Origin: Nitrospirota bacterium
GTDB lineage: Bacteria; Nitrospirota; Thermodesulfovibrionia; Thermodesulfovibrionales; Dissulfurispiraceae
Length of the DNA stretch: 57,842 bases
Reading direction: 5' to 3'
Assembly (NCBI GenBank): GCA_040758355.1
Contig: JBFLWF010000016.1
Coordinates: 1-57,842 of the forward strand
Shown: positions 48,275 to 57,716 of the stretch, in pieces
How the letters are laid out: every line of letters begins with the position of its first letter
Numbering within the stretch: the first letter of the stretch is position 1
Position numbers and translations under genes: made by a program
The notes under the pieces: generated by a model
Told to the model about the DNA's origin: nothing
Seen by the model: the letters and a program-made list of their open reading frames with translations, nothing else
Databases searched by the model: none

Positions 48275-49207
48275 ATGACTGCTTATGCCCTGAAAAGGCT
48301 TCTTCTCTTAATTCCCCTTTTGTTCGGGATAACACTCCTTGCATTTTTTCTTCTCAATGCCCTCCCCGGAGATCCCGTATTGAGTCTTGTTGGAGAGCGT
48401 GCAAGCACTGAGGTAATCGAAAACATAAGAAAAGAAATAGGTGTGGATAAAGGTTTTATAGGGCAGTATATAGGTTATCTTAAGCTCTTATCACATGGGG
48501 ATTTCGGAAGGTCTTATTACACAAACAGGGATGTGCTAAAGGATATTGTCATGAAATTTCCGAATACAATGAGGCTCGCATTTGCTGCCATGCTCATTGC
48601 AGTCCCATTGGGTATTGCTGCAGGCTTTATATCTGCTTATAAACGAGGCAGATTTATAGACAGGCTTATCAATGTGGTCTCAATTACCGGCCTGAGCATC
48701 CCCATATTCTGGAGTGCGATAATCATAATGCTCTTTTTGAGCCTCAAGTTAAAGTTATTTCCTCCGTCAGGCACAGGAGATATAAGGTTTTTGGTCTTGC
48801 CTGCCTTTGTATTATCAATTCCTGCTATGGCAACGCTATCGAGGGTTACGAGGACGACAATCTTGGATATCCTGAAAATGCCCTATATAAATACGGCAAA
48901 GGCAAAGGGATTACCATCTATTAAGATAAGCATTGTCCATGTCTTAAAGAATGCCATTATTCCCATTGTCACTATAATAGGCCTTGACTTCGGCAGTTAT
49001 CTGAACGGTGCTGTTGTTACAGAGACCATATTCGGATGGGACGGAATAGGAAGGTTCACCATGGATGGAATAATAAAGAGGGATTATCCTGTGATAATGG
49101 GATGCATAATTTTCGGGACTGCGGTCTTTGTGCTTGTCAACCTGATCACAGATATACTTTATCACTATCTCGATCCAAGGATAAGACTCCATGCAAAAGA
49201 AAAGTAA
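48275..49207 (+). CDS. Peptide ABC transporter permease (DppB/OppB-like)
   Basis: LPGDP, GDFGRSY, TAKAKGL, RDYPVIMG, LDPRIR. Confidence 0.93.
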   Translation: MTAYALKRLLLLIPLLFGITLLAFFLLNALPGDPVLSLVGERASTEVIENIRKEIGVDKGFIGQYIGYLKLLSHGDFGRSYYTNRDVLKDIVMKFPNTMRLAFAAMLIAVPLGIAAGFISAYKRGRFIDRLINVVSITGLSIPIFWSAIIIMLFLSLKLKLFPPSGTGDIRFLVLPAFVLSIPAMATLSRVTRTTILDILKMPYINTAKAKGLPSIKISIVHVLKNAIIPIVTIIGLDFGSYLNGAVVTETIFGWDGIGRFTMDGIIKRDYPVIMGCIIFGTAVFVLVNLITDILYHYLDPRIRLHAKEK

Positions 49208-50009
49208 GGTATCGTTGAAATTATTGTTGCCGGTCATTGTGATTGCTATAGTATTTGCTGTCTCTGTATTATCTCCCCTTCTCCGTATCTACGGTCCCAA
49301 TAAAATAGACCTCGATTCCATAAAAAGACCGCCGGGCATGGATCATCCATTCGGCACCGATAGCAAAGGCAGGGATATATTTGTAAGGGTTATCTATGGA
49401 GGCAAGGTATCCATAGGCGTTGCAGTTGTTGCCGCATTTGTGTCTGCCTTTATCGGTTTCGGTGTAGGTATTGTTTCCGGATATTTTGGAGGCAGGCTCG
49501 ATACCGTGCTCATGTCTATGGTCGATTTTATACTTTCTTTTCCGTCACTCCTCCTTGCCATCGCCATATCCGTGATCTTGCCGCCAGGCATATACACAGT
49601 AATGATCGCCATATCGGCAGTGGGCTGGACATCGTTTGCAAGGCTTATAAGGGGACAAGTGTTGACCATTAAGGACATGCCTTTTGTCGACGCTGCCAGG
49701 GCTATGGGATGCAGCAATTTGAGAATACTCGTTTTGCATATTACTCCTTTGTGTATTCCTCTAAGTCTTGTGATGATGGGGATCAAATTGGGAGGGTTTA
49801 TTCTCACAGAAGCAACATTGAGCTTTCTGGGGCTTGGGGCACAGCCTCCAACTCCAACATGGGGTTCCATGATAAGCGCCAACAGGGCTTATATTCTTAC
49901 CGCGCCATGGATGGTAATATTCCCGGGACTTGCAATATCGATAACTGCGTTTTGTTTTAATATGCTGGGAGAGTCGTTAAAGGAAAGGTATGAATTTAAG
50001 GATAATTAG
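49191..50009 (+). CDS. Peptide ABC transporter permease (DppC/OppC-like)
   Basis: HPFGTDSKGRD, DAARAMG, EATLSFLGLG, PTWG. Confidence 0.93.
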   Translation: MQKKSKVSLKLLLPVIVIAIVFAVSVLSPLLRIYGPNKIDLDSIKRPPGMDHPFGTDSKGRDIFVRVIYGGKVSIGVAVVAAFVSAFIGFGVGIVSGYFGGRLDTVLMSMVDFILSFPSLLLAIAISVILPPGIYTVMIAISAVGWTSFARLIRGQVLTIKDMPFVDAARAMGCSNLRILVLHITPLCIPLSLVMMGIKLGGFILTEATLSFLGLGAQPPTPTWGSMISANRAYILTAPWMVIFPGLAISITAFCFNMLGESLKERYEFKDN

Positions 50010-50049
50010 CCGATAATTTTTAGTTTTTACTATGCGCTGTGAACTATTT

Positions 50050-50451
50050 TTATCTTTCCCGCAGTTTTTCTTCTTCTTCCTGCTCTGTCTTGCATTCTAT
50101 GCACATGGTGGTTACGGGCCTTGCTTCGAGTCTCTTGATGTTTATCTCCTCGCCGCATACCTCGCAGATGCCGTATGAGCCGCTGTCGATTTTCTCTATG
50201 GCCTCATCTATTTTCTTGAGGAGCTGTCTTTCCCTTCCCTTAAGTCTCAGCATGAAATTCCTGTCGATCTCTGCCGATGCCTGATCACCCAGTTCCGGGA
50301 ATAAAGTCTCATCGGGCAGTGCATTTAAGGCATCCCCTGCCTCTGAAAGAAGGGCCTCTTTCTGCCTGATCAAGTTTTTCTTGATCTCCTGAATCTTTTC
50401 TTCCCTCAAAGAGAGGTTTTTATCTGCCTTTGTTTTATTTTTACCTTTCAT
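50050..50451 (-). CDS. dksA: RNA polymerase-binding protein DksA/TraR family
   Basis: GDQAS..E, GSYGICEVCGEEI...RLEARP...CIECK; start at ATG 50451 after GAGG, not 51483. Confidence 0.92.
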   Translation of the reverse strand: MKGKNKTKADKNLSLREEKIQEIKKNLIRQKEALLSEAGDALNALPDETLFPELGDQASAEIDRNFMLRLKGRERQLLKKIDEAIEKIDSGSYGICEVCGEEINIKRLEARPVTTMCIECKTEQEEEEKLRER

Positions 50452-50546
50452 GTCTCTGTGCCTCTTAATTAAGATTTCTGATAGATTGTTCGGATACGAT
50501 AACAGAAAATACAGGGCATAGTCAAACCACATCGAGCGAAAAACAC

Positions 50547-50577
50547 TTGACAATTGGGCAAGACAGTAATATAAAAT
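50547..50577 (+). promoter_or_regulatory. Sigma70-type promoter upstream of ihfA
   Basis: TTGACA-N17-TATAAA. Confidence 0.55.
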
Positions 50578-50620
50578 TAGCGATAAAAATAATTTATCCT
50601 TTTTTAACAAGGGGTAGTAT

Positions 50621-50899
50621 ATGACAAAGGCCGACATTGTAAATCTTGTATTTGAGAAGGTAGGGCTTCCTAAAAATGAGGCGCAGGAGATGGTAGAGAC
50701 TGTTTTTGATACCATAAAGCAAACACTGATAGCAGGCGAATCCATAAAGATTTCCGGCTTCGGGACTTTTAACGTGCGAAAAAAGAATTCACGGATAGGG
50801 AGAAATCCAAAGACAAAGGAAGAGGTGGAGATCACACCGCGCAGGGTTGTGACATTCAAGGCAAGCGACCAGCTCAAGGAACTCATAGAAAAGATGTAG
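50621..50899 (+). CDS. ihfA: Integration host factor subunit alpha
   Basis: MTKADI, KISGFGTF, GRNPKT, RRVVTFK. Confidence 0.92.
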   Translation: MTKADIVNLVFEKVGLPKNEAQEMVETVFDTIKQTLIAGESIKISGFGTFNVRKKNSRIGRNPKTKEEVEITPRRVVTFKASDQLKELIEKM

Positions 50900-50910
50900 A
50901 TAGATAAAAA

Positions 50911-51336
50911 ATGCACGACGCATTTAAATCGCCGGAGCCGCTGAGACTCTTCCCCGAAAAGCTTTTTTATAAAATAGGAGAAGTCAGCAGAATTATTGGT
51001 GTAGAGTCTTATGTCCTGAGGTACTGGGAAACGGAATTCCCGTTCCTCGCTCCGAGAAAGAGCAAATCGGGTCAGCGTATCTACACAAAGAAGGACATCG
51101 ACCAGATACTGCAGATTAAAAGACTTCTTTACGACGAGAAATATACAATTGACGGTGTGAGGCGTAAACTCGGCGGCAATATAGAGCAGGCCGCTGAAGC
51201 CTTTGCAGAAACCGAAGAAGTAAAAAGAGAAGGGGTAGCTGAAAAAATGACCGGGCCGAACATCGATACCGAAGGAATCGTCACCATGGTAAAGACGAGG
51301 CTCAGGGAAATACTCCGTAACAATTTCGGGGCGTAG
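50911..51336 (+). CDS. MerR family HTH regulator
   Basis: YKIGEVS, VLRYWETEFP, YTIDGVR; usual ihfA-merR-tRNA-Pro context. Confidence 0.92.
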   Translation: MHDAFKSPEPLRLFPEKLFYKIGEVSRIIGVESYVLRYWETEFPFLAPRKSKSGQRIYTKKDIDQILQIKRLLYDEKYTIDGVRRKLGGNIEQAAEAFAETEEVKREGVAEKMTGPNIDTEGIVTMVKTRLREILRNNFGA

Positions 51337-51404
51337 CGCAGTCTGGTTAGCGCACTCGCTTGGGGTGCGAGAGGTCGGCCGTTCGAATCGGCTCGCCCCG
51401 ACCA
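51327..51404 (+). tRNA. tRNA-Pro(GGG)
   Basis: CGGGGCG acceptor pairs with CGCCCCG-ACCA; anticodon arm CTCGC-TTGGGGT-GCGAG; TTCGAAT T-loop. Confidence 0.96.
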
Positions 51405-51410
51405 TTTCTA

Positions 51411-51445
51411 AAGGTGGGAAGTGAAAAGTGAAAGGTGAAAAATTA
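51411..51445 (+). repeat. Heptamer tandem containing the Crp/Fnr start codon
   Basis: AAGGTGG GAAGTGA AAAGTGA AAGGTGA AAAATTA. Confidence 0.65.
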
Positions 51446-52117
51446 GAGGATTTAAAAAAGATCCCCATATTCTCGGCCCTCAACGACGAAGAACTGAAAG
51501 AAATCCAGTCTTATTTAAGCAAGGAAAACTTTAAGAAGAAACAGGAGATATTTTCAGAAGGAGACCCTTCGGATTGGTTTTATATACTTATCAACGGAAA
51601 GGTAAAGATAACCAAGATGTCCGTCGACGGCAGGGAGATAATAATAGAATTAATATCGCCGCCGGACTTCTTCGGAGGGTTTGCTGTGCTAAAGGGATTT
51701 CCATACCCCGCCAATGCGGTTGCCATGGAAGATTCGAATGTCATCAAGATTTCACGGCATAACCTGCTTAAAGTTATCGACAGATTCCCCAATGTCATGT
51801 ATGACATGACAGCCAACCTTGGAGACAGGATAAGAGAGTTCCACGATACACTTAAAAACATTGCCCTTGAGAGGGTGGAGTCGAGAATTGCAGCACTGCT
51901 CCTGAAGCTTGCCGATAAAACCGGTGAAAAAAAGGATAAGACAATACTTATAAACATGAGGCTTACAAAGCAGGACATCGCCGAGATGGTCGGCACAACT
52001 GTAGAGACGACTATCAGGGTTATGAGCAAGTTCAAAAAATCGGGATTCATCGACGATAAGGATGGAAAGGTTCTCATAAAGGATTTAGACGCATTAGAGT
52101 CAATAGTATATCCTTAG
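51428..52117 (+). CDS. Crp/Fnr family transcriptional regulator
   Basis: IPIFSAL, IFSEGD, GKVKI, RIAALL, LTKQDIAEMVGTTVETTIR HTH. Confidence 0.94.
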   Translation: MKGEKLEDLKKIPIFSALNDEELKEIQSYLSKENFKKKQEIFSEGDPSDWFYILINGKVKITKMSVDGREIIIELISPPDFFGGFAVLKGFPYPANAVAMEDSNVIKISRHNLLKVIDRFPNVMYDMTANLGDRIREFHDTLKNIALERVESRIAALLLKLADKTGEKKDKTILINMRLTKQDIAEMVGTTVETTIRVMSKFKKSGFIDDKDGKVLIKDLDALESIVYP

Positions 52118-52279
52118 CATTCCAAAATACCAATTCGCTCAAGTCAATCCTGCTTATCGCTGTGCCGAATAAAAAAATTCTATTAATTTTATTAATCGAT
52201 AGTTAAACTTATTGAATAATTAATAAAAATTCGTTAAATTAATAGACTTAAGATTGAGAATACATATAGGAGGAAAGAG

Positions 52280-52855
52280 ATGGCTGAAACTTTGGAGATC
52301 AGATGGCACGGCAGAGGAGGCCAGGGCACTGTTACTGCGGCAAAGGTATTTGCCGACGCATGTCTGAGCGGCGGTAGGCATGTGCAGGCATTCCCGGAGT
52401 ACGGCCCTGAAAGGTCAGGGGCTCCTCTGAGGGCATACAATAGAGTAAGTTCAAAGGAACTCAGGATGCACTGTCCTGTTTTAAGACCCAATATCGTTGC
52501 AGTTGTTGATGCAACGCTGCTTGATGGAATAGACGTTACAGATGGCGCTCCTGATGATGCTGTCTTTATCATTAATTCCTCCAGAGATCCCAAAGAACTG
52601 AGGGAAAAGCTTAAGGCAAAGCCGACACAGAAGGTATTCACGGTAGATGCCACAAAGATCGCCATAGAGTGTTTCGGAAGGCCGATGCCGAATTCACCAA
52701 TGGTCGGCGTTCTTGCAAAGGTTTCAGGAATTGTAAGCCTTGATGTAATACTTGAAGATGTGAAAAAGAGCTTCGGGAAGAAGTTTTCACAGAAGGTAAT
52801 AGATGGTAATTTAGAGGCTGTAAAAAGGGGTTATGAGGAGGTAAGGGAAGGATGA
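52280..52855 (+). CDS. porC: Pyruvate/2-oxoacid:ferredoxin oxidoreductase gamma subunit
   Basis: EIRWHGRGGQG, FPEYGPERSGAP. Confidence 0.93.
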   Translation: MAETLEIRWHGRGGQGTVTAAKVFADACLSGGRHVQAFPEYGPERSGAPLRAYNRVSSKELRMHCPVLRPNIVAVVDATLLDGIDVTDGAPDDAVFIINSSRDPKELREKLKAKPTQKVFTVDATKIAIECFGRPMPNSPMVGVLAKVSGIVSLDVILEDVKKSFGKKFSQKVIDGNLEAVKRGYEEVREG

Positions 52856-53145
52856 AACTGAAAGGATGGAAAGAGGTTACACCAGGCGCTGTTGTTACAG
52901 AAGCAGGCAGCGCATTGAAGTTTAAGACGGGCTCGTGGAGGGCGTTTAAGCCGAAATGGATACCGGAAAACTGCATCCAGTGCATGTTCTGCTGGATTTA
53001 TTGCCCTGATATGGCTGTAAAGGTAAAGGACGGCAAGAGGGCGGAGTTTGATTACGACTACTGCAAGGGCTGCGGCATATGCGCCCTCGAGTGCCCCGGA
53101 AAGAAGGGCAACAAGGCAATTGTTATGGAAGAGGAGGGCAAATAA
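52852..53145 (+). CDS. porD: Pyruvate/2-oxoacid:ferredoxin oxidoreductase delta subunit
   Basis: KTGSWR, CIQCMFCWIYCP, CKGCGICALECP. Confidence 0.93.
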   Translation: MKLKGWKEVTPGAVVTEAGSALKFKTGSWRAFKPKWIPENCIQCMFCWIYCPDMAVKVKDGKRAEFDYDYCKGCGICALECPGKKGNKAIVMEEEGK

Positions 53146-54327
53146 ATGCCAAAGATAGTTGCGGTCACAGGAAATGAGGCAGTAGCAGAGGCTTTGAGAC
53201 AGATAAATCCTGATGTCAGTGCTGCATATCCCATAACCCCTGCTACAGATATTATGCAGAGGTTTACAAGCTTCGTATCCAACGGCAAGGTCAAGACAGA
53301 GATGATCCTCGTGGAGAGCGAGCACAGCGCAATGAGCGCGTGCGTGGGCGCTGCAGCAGCAGGCGGCAGGGTTGCAACAGCCACTTCTTCTCAGGGACTT
53401 GCCCTTATGTGGGAGGAGTTGTTCATTGCTTCGGGAACAAGACTGCCCATTGTCATGGCTCTTGTGAACAGGGCTCTTTCAGCTCCGTTGAACATTCACG
53501 GAGACCACTCAGACGGAATGGGCGCAAGGGACTGCGGATGGATACAGCTGTGGTCGGAGAATGCACAGGAGGCATATGACAACATGATACAGTCATTCCG
53601 TATAGCAGAGCACATGGATTTAAGACTCCCTGCCATGGTTTGTCTGGACGGTTTTATAATAAGCCATTCCATAGAGCGGATAGAGTATCTCGATGACGAC
53701 ACGGTAAAGAACTTTGTAGGAGAGTATAAGCAGCTTAATCCCCTTCTTGATATAGAGCATCCTGTCAGCTATGGGCCGTTAATCCTTCCAGATTATTACA
53801 TGGAGTTCAGAAGGGCGCAGGCAGAGGTCATGACAAAGGTTGCCAATGTGGTTCTGAACGTGGCAAAGGATTTCGAGAAGATATCCGGAAGGAAATATGG
53901 ACTCTTCGAAACATACAGGCTCGATGATGCAGAGGTAGGTCTTGTTATCCTTAACTCTGCCGCAGGAACGTCAAAGGATGTTATTGATGAGTTCAGAAAT
54001 AAGGGCATAAAGGCAGGTCTTTTAAAGCCGAGGCTCTATAGGCCGTTCCCTTACGAAGAGATAGGCGAGGCATTGAAGCATTTGAAGGCAGTATGCGTAA
54101 TGGACAGGGCTGATGCCTTTGGTGCTTCTTACGGGCCATTGTTTATGGATATTGCATCCAGCATTTATCCATGCAAGGACAGGCCGATACTCATAAACAA
54201 GATATACGGACTTGGCGGAAGGGACTATCTGCCTGAACATGCAGAGATTGTACTCAATGAGCTTGCAGAGATCGCAAAGACAGGAAAAGTAAAAACCTTT
54301 AAAGAATACATTGGAGTGAGGGAGTAA
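53146..54327 (+). CDS. porA: Pyruvate/2-oxoacid:ferredoxin oxidoreductase alpha subunit
   Basis: AYPITP, ESEHSA, TSSQGL, YGLGGRD. Confidence 0.95.
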   Translation: MPKIVAVTGNEAVAEALRQINPDVSAAYPITPATDIMQRFTSFVSNGKVKTEMILVESEHSAMSACVGAAAAGGRVATATSSQGLALMWEELFIASGTRLPIVMALVNRALSAPLNIHGDHSDGMGARDCGWIQLWSENAQEAYDNMIQSFRIAEHMDLRLPAMVCLDGFIISHSIERIEYLDDDTVKNFVGEYKQLNPLLDIEHPVSYGPLILPDYYMEFRRAQAEVMTKVANVVLNVAKDFEKISGRKYGLFETYRLDDAEVGLVILNSAAGTSKDVIDEFRNKGIKAGLLKPRLYRPFPYEEIGEALKHLKAVCVMDRADAFGASYGPLFMDIASSIYPCKDRPILINKIYGLGGRDYLPEHAEIVLNELAEIAKTGKVKTFKEYIGVRE

Positions 54328-54328
54328 T

Positions 54329-55285
54329 ATGGCGACACCACTTAGCTTAAAAGAGCTTTCAAAGAAAGAAGTGCTTTTAACAGCAGGCCACAGGATGTGT
54401 TCGGGCTGCGGCGCACCACCGGTTGTAAAGATGGTTCTTTTAGCATCGGACTACCCTGTTGTAGCATCAAATGCTACAGGGTGCCTTGAGGTTTCCACAT
54501 GCATATCGGAATACACTGCGTGGAAGATTCCCTGGATCCACAATGCATTTGAAAATGCTGCCGCCACTTTATCAGGTGTCGAGACGATGTACAGGTCTCT
54601 AAAGAAGCAGGGAAAGATAGACAAGGAGATAAAGTTCATTGCATTCGGCGGTGACGGAGGTACATACGACATCGGCTTCCAGAGCCTTTCAGGCGCCATG
54701 GAAAGGGGACACGACATGCTCTACATTTGTTATGACAATGGCGCATACATGAACACAGGCATTCAGCGTTCAAGCGCAACACCCCTCGGTGCCGATACAA
54801 CCACATGCCCTGCAGGCAGTGTTGTTCCAGGAAAGCTTCAGGAGAGGAAAGACCTTACAAAAATCATGGCTGCTCATGGCATACCATATGTTGCACAGGC
54901 ATCACCGAGCCACTGGTCCGATTTGATGAAAAAGGTAAGGAAGGCATTGGAGATAAAAGGGCCGAAGTTCATGAACATAATCGCACCATGCAACAGAGGC
55001 TGGAGATCCGCTACGAATGACGCTATACTTTTAAGCAGGCTTGCAGTCGAGACATGCTACTGGCCGCTCTATGAAATCGAAAACGGCGTGACAAGGGTTA
55101 GTGTAAAGCCAAAGGAAAAGAAGTCGCTTGTGGATTTCCTCAAGCCGCAGGGAAGATTCAAACACCTATTTGCACCTGAGAACGAATGGCTCCTCAAACA
55201 GGCGCAGGAGGATGTGGATAAAAACTGGGAGAGGCTTTTAAAGGAAGAGGAGTTCACAAAGCCGCAGGAAGAAGCTAAAGAGTAA
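54329..55285 (+). CDS. porB: Pyruvate/2-oxoacid:ferredoxin oxidoreductase beta subunit
   Basis: CSGC, TGCLEV, GGDGGTYDIG, YMNTGIQRS. Confidence 0.95.
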   Translation: MATPLSLKELSKKEVLLTAGHRMCSGCGAPPVVKMVLLASDYPVVASNATGCLEVSTCISEYTAWKIPWIHNAFENAAATLSGVETMYRSLKKQGKIDKEIKFIAFGGDGGTYDIGFQSLSGAMERGHDMLYICYDNGAYMNTGIQRSSATPLGADTTTCPAGSVVPGKLQERKDLTKIMAAHGIPYVAQASPSHWSDLMKKVRKALEIKGPKFMNIIAPCNRGWRSATNDAILLSRLAVETCYWPLYEIENGVTRVSVKPKEKKSLVDFLKPQGRFKHLFAPENEWLLKQAQEDVDKNWERLLKEEEFTKPQEEAKE

Positions 55286-55310
55286 AAGTTACCAAAATAC
55301 TGAATAGCAT

Positions 55311-55342
55311 AATGCTCCTGCAAAAATATTTGCAGGAGCATT
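55311..55342 (+). terminator. Hairpin after the por operon
   Basis: AATGCTCCTGCAAA-AATA-TTTGCAGGAGCATT. Confidence 0.7.
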
Positions 55343-55360
55343 TAATCTAAGGAGAGGAAT

Positions 55361-55675
55361 ATGAAACGATTTTTGATAGCGCTGGTTATGGTTTTATCCT
55401 TTATGTCCGTATTGGCAGTAAATGGCGTATACGCAGGTTCTCAAGAAACGTCTGCAATAACAGGAAAGGTCGTAGAAACCATGAACAGCGGTGGATATAC
55501 CTATGTCTGCCTCGAGAAAAGCGGCAAAAAAACATGGGTTGCTATACCGCAGACGAAGGTGAAGAAAGGTCAGACAATGTCTCTACATCCCGGTGTTGAG
55601 ATGACGAACTTCGAAAGCAAAACCCTTAAACGCAAGTTCGATAAGATAATCTTTTCTGCAGGACCGGTTAAATAG
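55361..55675 (+). CDS. Small exported beta-barrel protein (NrfJ-like/OB-fold-like)
   Basis: Signal peptide; GKVVETMNSGGYTYV..WVA..NFESKTLKRKFDKIIF. Confidence 0.7.
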   Translation: MKRFLIALVMVLSFMSVLAVNGVYAGSQETSAITGKVVETMNSGGYTYVCLEKSGKKTWVAIPQTKVKKGQTMSLHPGVEMTNFESKTLKRKFDKIIFSAGPVK

Positions 55676-56112
55676 CGAAGTAATTAAAAAAATTGTAAAA
55701 GTCAGAACTTGACCTGTCAGTCATTGCAGAGAAGGTAGGGCTCAAATATTCTGCGAATTACAAGCAGAAAATCAGAGGAAAGAACCATGTTCACATGCTC
55801 AGTCTGCCTTTCTTGTTACGACATCTCTACTAATCTAAGCGAAAAGTAGCCTGTCCCATTTTTTGCCACGCATGCTATCTGCCTGTTGTTTCCGGCAAAG
55901 CATTGAGGATTTTCGCCGCAAAAACGCTTGCAGCGGTCATCGGTAATCTTCCCCTGAGAAGTAAAACAATCATCTTTACTGTGTCTATCACCTTGCAAGG
56001 AAGGTGTTATTTTTACGCTACTATCCATCAAAAAAACTCCTTTTCACTGTGTTAATAGATATTACTGTGAATTTACCGTATTATCCGCTCTGGACCAGTG
56101 AGGGTGGGATAG

Positions 56113-56144
56113 TTGCTTTTTGTAGGTAATTACTTTATAATTAC
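56113..56144 (+). promoter_or_regulatory. mazEF promoter with palindromic operator
   Basis: TTGCTT-N17-TATAAT overlapped by GTAATTA-CTTTA-TAATTAC. Confidence 0.65.
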
Positions 56145-56173
56145 AATTAAGATTTAAAGAGAGAGGTGTTGAT

Positions 56174-56425
56174 ATGAGGACGAATCTTGTATCCATAGGT
56201 AATTCCAAGGGCATAAGAATACCTGCAGCCATACTTAAACAGTGTAATATTGCAGACCATGTAGAGCTTGAAGTTGAGAAGGACAAAATAATTTTAAAGC
56301 CTGTTCAAATTAAACCCCGGGAAAAATGGGATGAGGCTTTTAAGCTTATGCATGAAAGGAAAGAGGATGTTTTATTGCTTAATGAGAAGATAGACAAAGA
56401 AATGGAAGACTGGGAATGGAAATAA
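56174..56425 (+). CDS. mazE: AbrB/MazE family antitoxin
   Basis: IGNSKGIRIP; acidic C-terminus; overlaps toxin. Confidence 0.9.
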   Translation: MRTNLVSIGNSKGIRIPAAILKQCNIADHVELEVEKDKIILKPVQIKPREKWDEAFKLMHERKEDVLLLNEKIDKEMEDWEWK

Positions 56426-56739
56426 ATCAATACGAAGTTTATTTGATAAACCTTGACCCTACTGTAGGGCATGAGATTCAGAAAACCAGACCATGTGTAG
56501 TAATTTCGCCCGACGAAATGAACAGAAATATTCAAACTATTATTATAGCGCCTATGACCACAAAGTCTCATGATTATCCTACCAGGGTAAAACTAACATT
56601 TCATAGTAAAACAGGGTGGATAGTATTAGATCAGATAAGAACAATTGATAAAAGAAGACTTGTTAAAAGGCTTGGCAGAATAAGCGATGCTGCCATAAAA
56701 ACGGTCAAGGCTGTAATCAAAGAGATGTTAGTAGATTAG
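56416..56739 (+). CDS. mazF: PemK/MazF family toxin
   Basis: LDPTVGHEIQKTRPCVVIS, APMTT, DQIRTIDKRRL. Confidence 0.94.
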   Translation: MEINQYEVYLINLDPTVGHEIQKTRPCVVISPDEMNRNIQTIIIAPMTTKSHDYPTRVKLTFHSKTGWIVLDQIRTIDKRRLVKRLGRISDAAIKTVKAVIKEMLVD

Positions 56740-56825
56740 CAAGTCCTCCATAAGCAGTACTGCCCTTGACTTTTTACTGCTTTAAACCTATATATCTATT
56801 AAGAATAAAATCATGGAGGTTTTGT

Positions 56826-57461
56826 ATGATGAGGTTTTTGAAGGTTTTGGGGTTGGTGGTTGTAGTGGTAATAGTCAGCGGATGCGGTGCCCATTATGTG
56901 CTGGATGGCTACATTGACCAGAGCCAGATTGTTAGCTCAAACGATTCTGACGCCATTAAGGTGTATGTAGGGGAGTACAGGTTTAATGATGAACCAGGGC
57001 ACAAATTCAGGATCGGGCACAGGTCGGCAGAAGGCGAGATTTCCCCATGGATTAAACAGGCCATAAAGAAGGAATTCGGCAAGGTAAACTTTGTAGATGA
57101 TAAAGCCCACAGCGATGTAGCTATCGAGACCAAAAGGGTAGAATTCAATGCAGGCTGGAATGGGATTCATACAAGAATAACCTCTAATGTTAACAATAAA
57201 ATGTTTATTGTTGACCTGTATGCAAGACGACCGATTAAGTTTACTTTCAACCTGTCAGATTCCAGAGAAATCTACATTCTCAGAATGGAGAGGACTACAG
57301 AATTCATGGCAAAACTGTTAAAACAGCACATAGTCAAGCGCAATGGGGCATGGATAGTCGATGAACTGCCTTATGAGGTCAGGGCAACTATTCTTGTAGA
57401 TCACGACCTCAATGTCTTAGAAGAACCATACGATATAGAAGTGAAAAAGGCTGAGGACTAA
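56826..57461 (+). CDS. Hypothetical lipoprotein
   Basis: GGAGG RBS, ATG 56826, lipobox IVSGC. Confidence 0.7.
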   Translation: MMRFLKVLGLVVVVVIVSGCGAHYVLDGYIDQSQIVSSNDSDAIKVYVGEYRFNDEPGHKFRIGHRSAEGEISPWIKQAIKKEFGKVNFVDDKAHSDVAIETKRVEFNAGWNGIHTRITSNVNNKMFIVDLYARRPIKFTFNLSDSREIYILRMERTTEFMAKLLKQHIVKRNGAWIVDELPYEVRATILVDHDLNVLEEPYDIEVKKAED

Positions 57462-57473
57462 CCCTCAGCCTTT
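57446..57473. terminator. Bidirectional terminator-like hairpin
   Basis: AAAGGCTGAGG-ACTAAC-CCTCAGCCTTT between convergent ORFs. Confidence 0.7.
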
Positions 57474-57485
57474 GTTCTTTTGAAC

Positions 57486-57716
57486 CTACTGCACCGGCAC
57501 AGGCACACTCACACCGCCAGTATTCTGCTCATAAGGATATTTATATTTTTGCAGCATTTTCTGTGGTTTATAGAACATCTCATCAAAGATTGTCTTAAAC
57601 CTCGGATCATCTCCTTTAACAACCTCTACTGCAGAACTGGTGTCGTCTGAAACAGTATCAGTAGCCGTAACACTGCCTGCCCTCAATATCTTTCTCATAT
57701 CGAGTTTCATGATGAA
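57486..57716 (-). pseudogene. Probable 3' fragment of a gene interrupted by the IS3 element
   Basis: Open frame runs up to the IS end at 57717; no RBS for ATG 57710; converges on the terminator. Confidence 0.45.

Noticed and set aside
46684..50009. ABC transporter lacking ATPase genes
   Set aside because: ATPase subunits are commonly encoded elsewhere; not unusual.
50050..51483. 477-aa minus-strand ORF
   Set aside because: Only the last 133 codons are DksA; the rest is antisense to ihfA, merR and tRNA-Pro.
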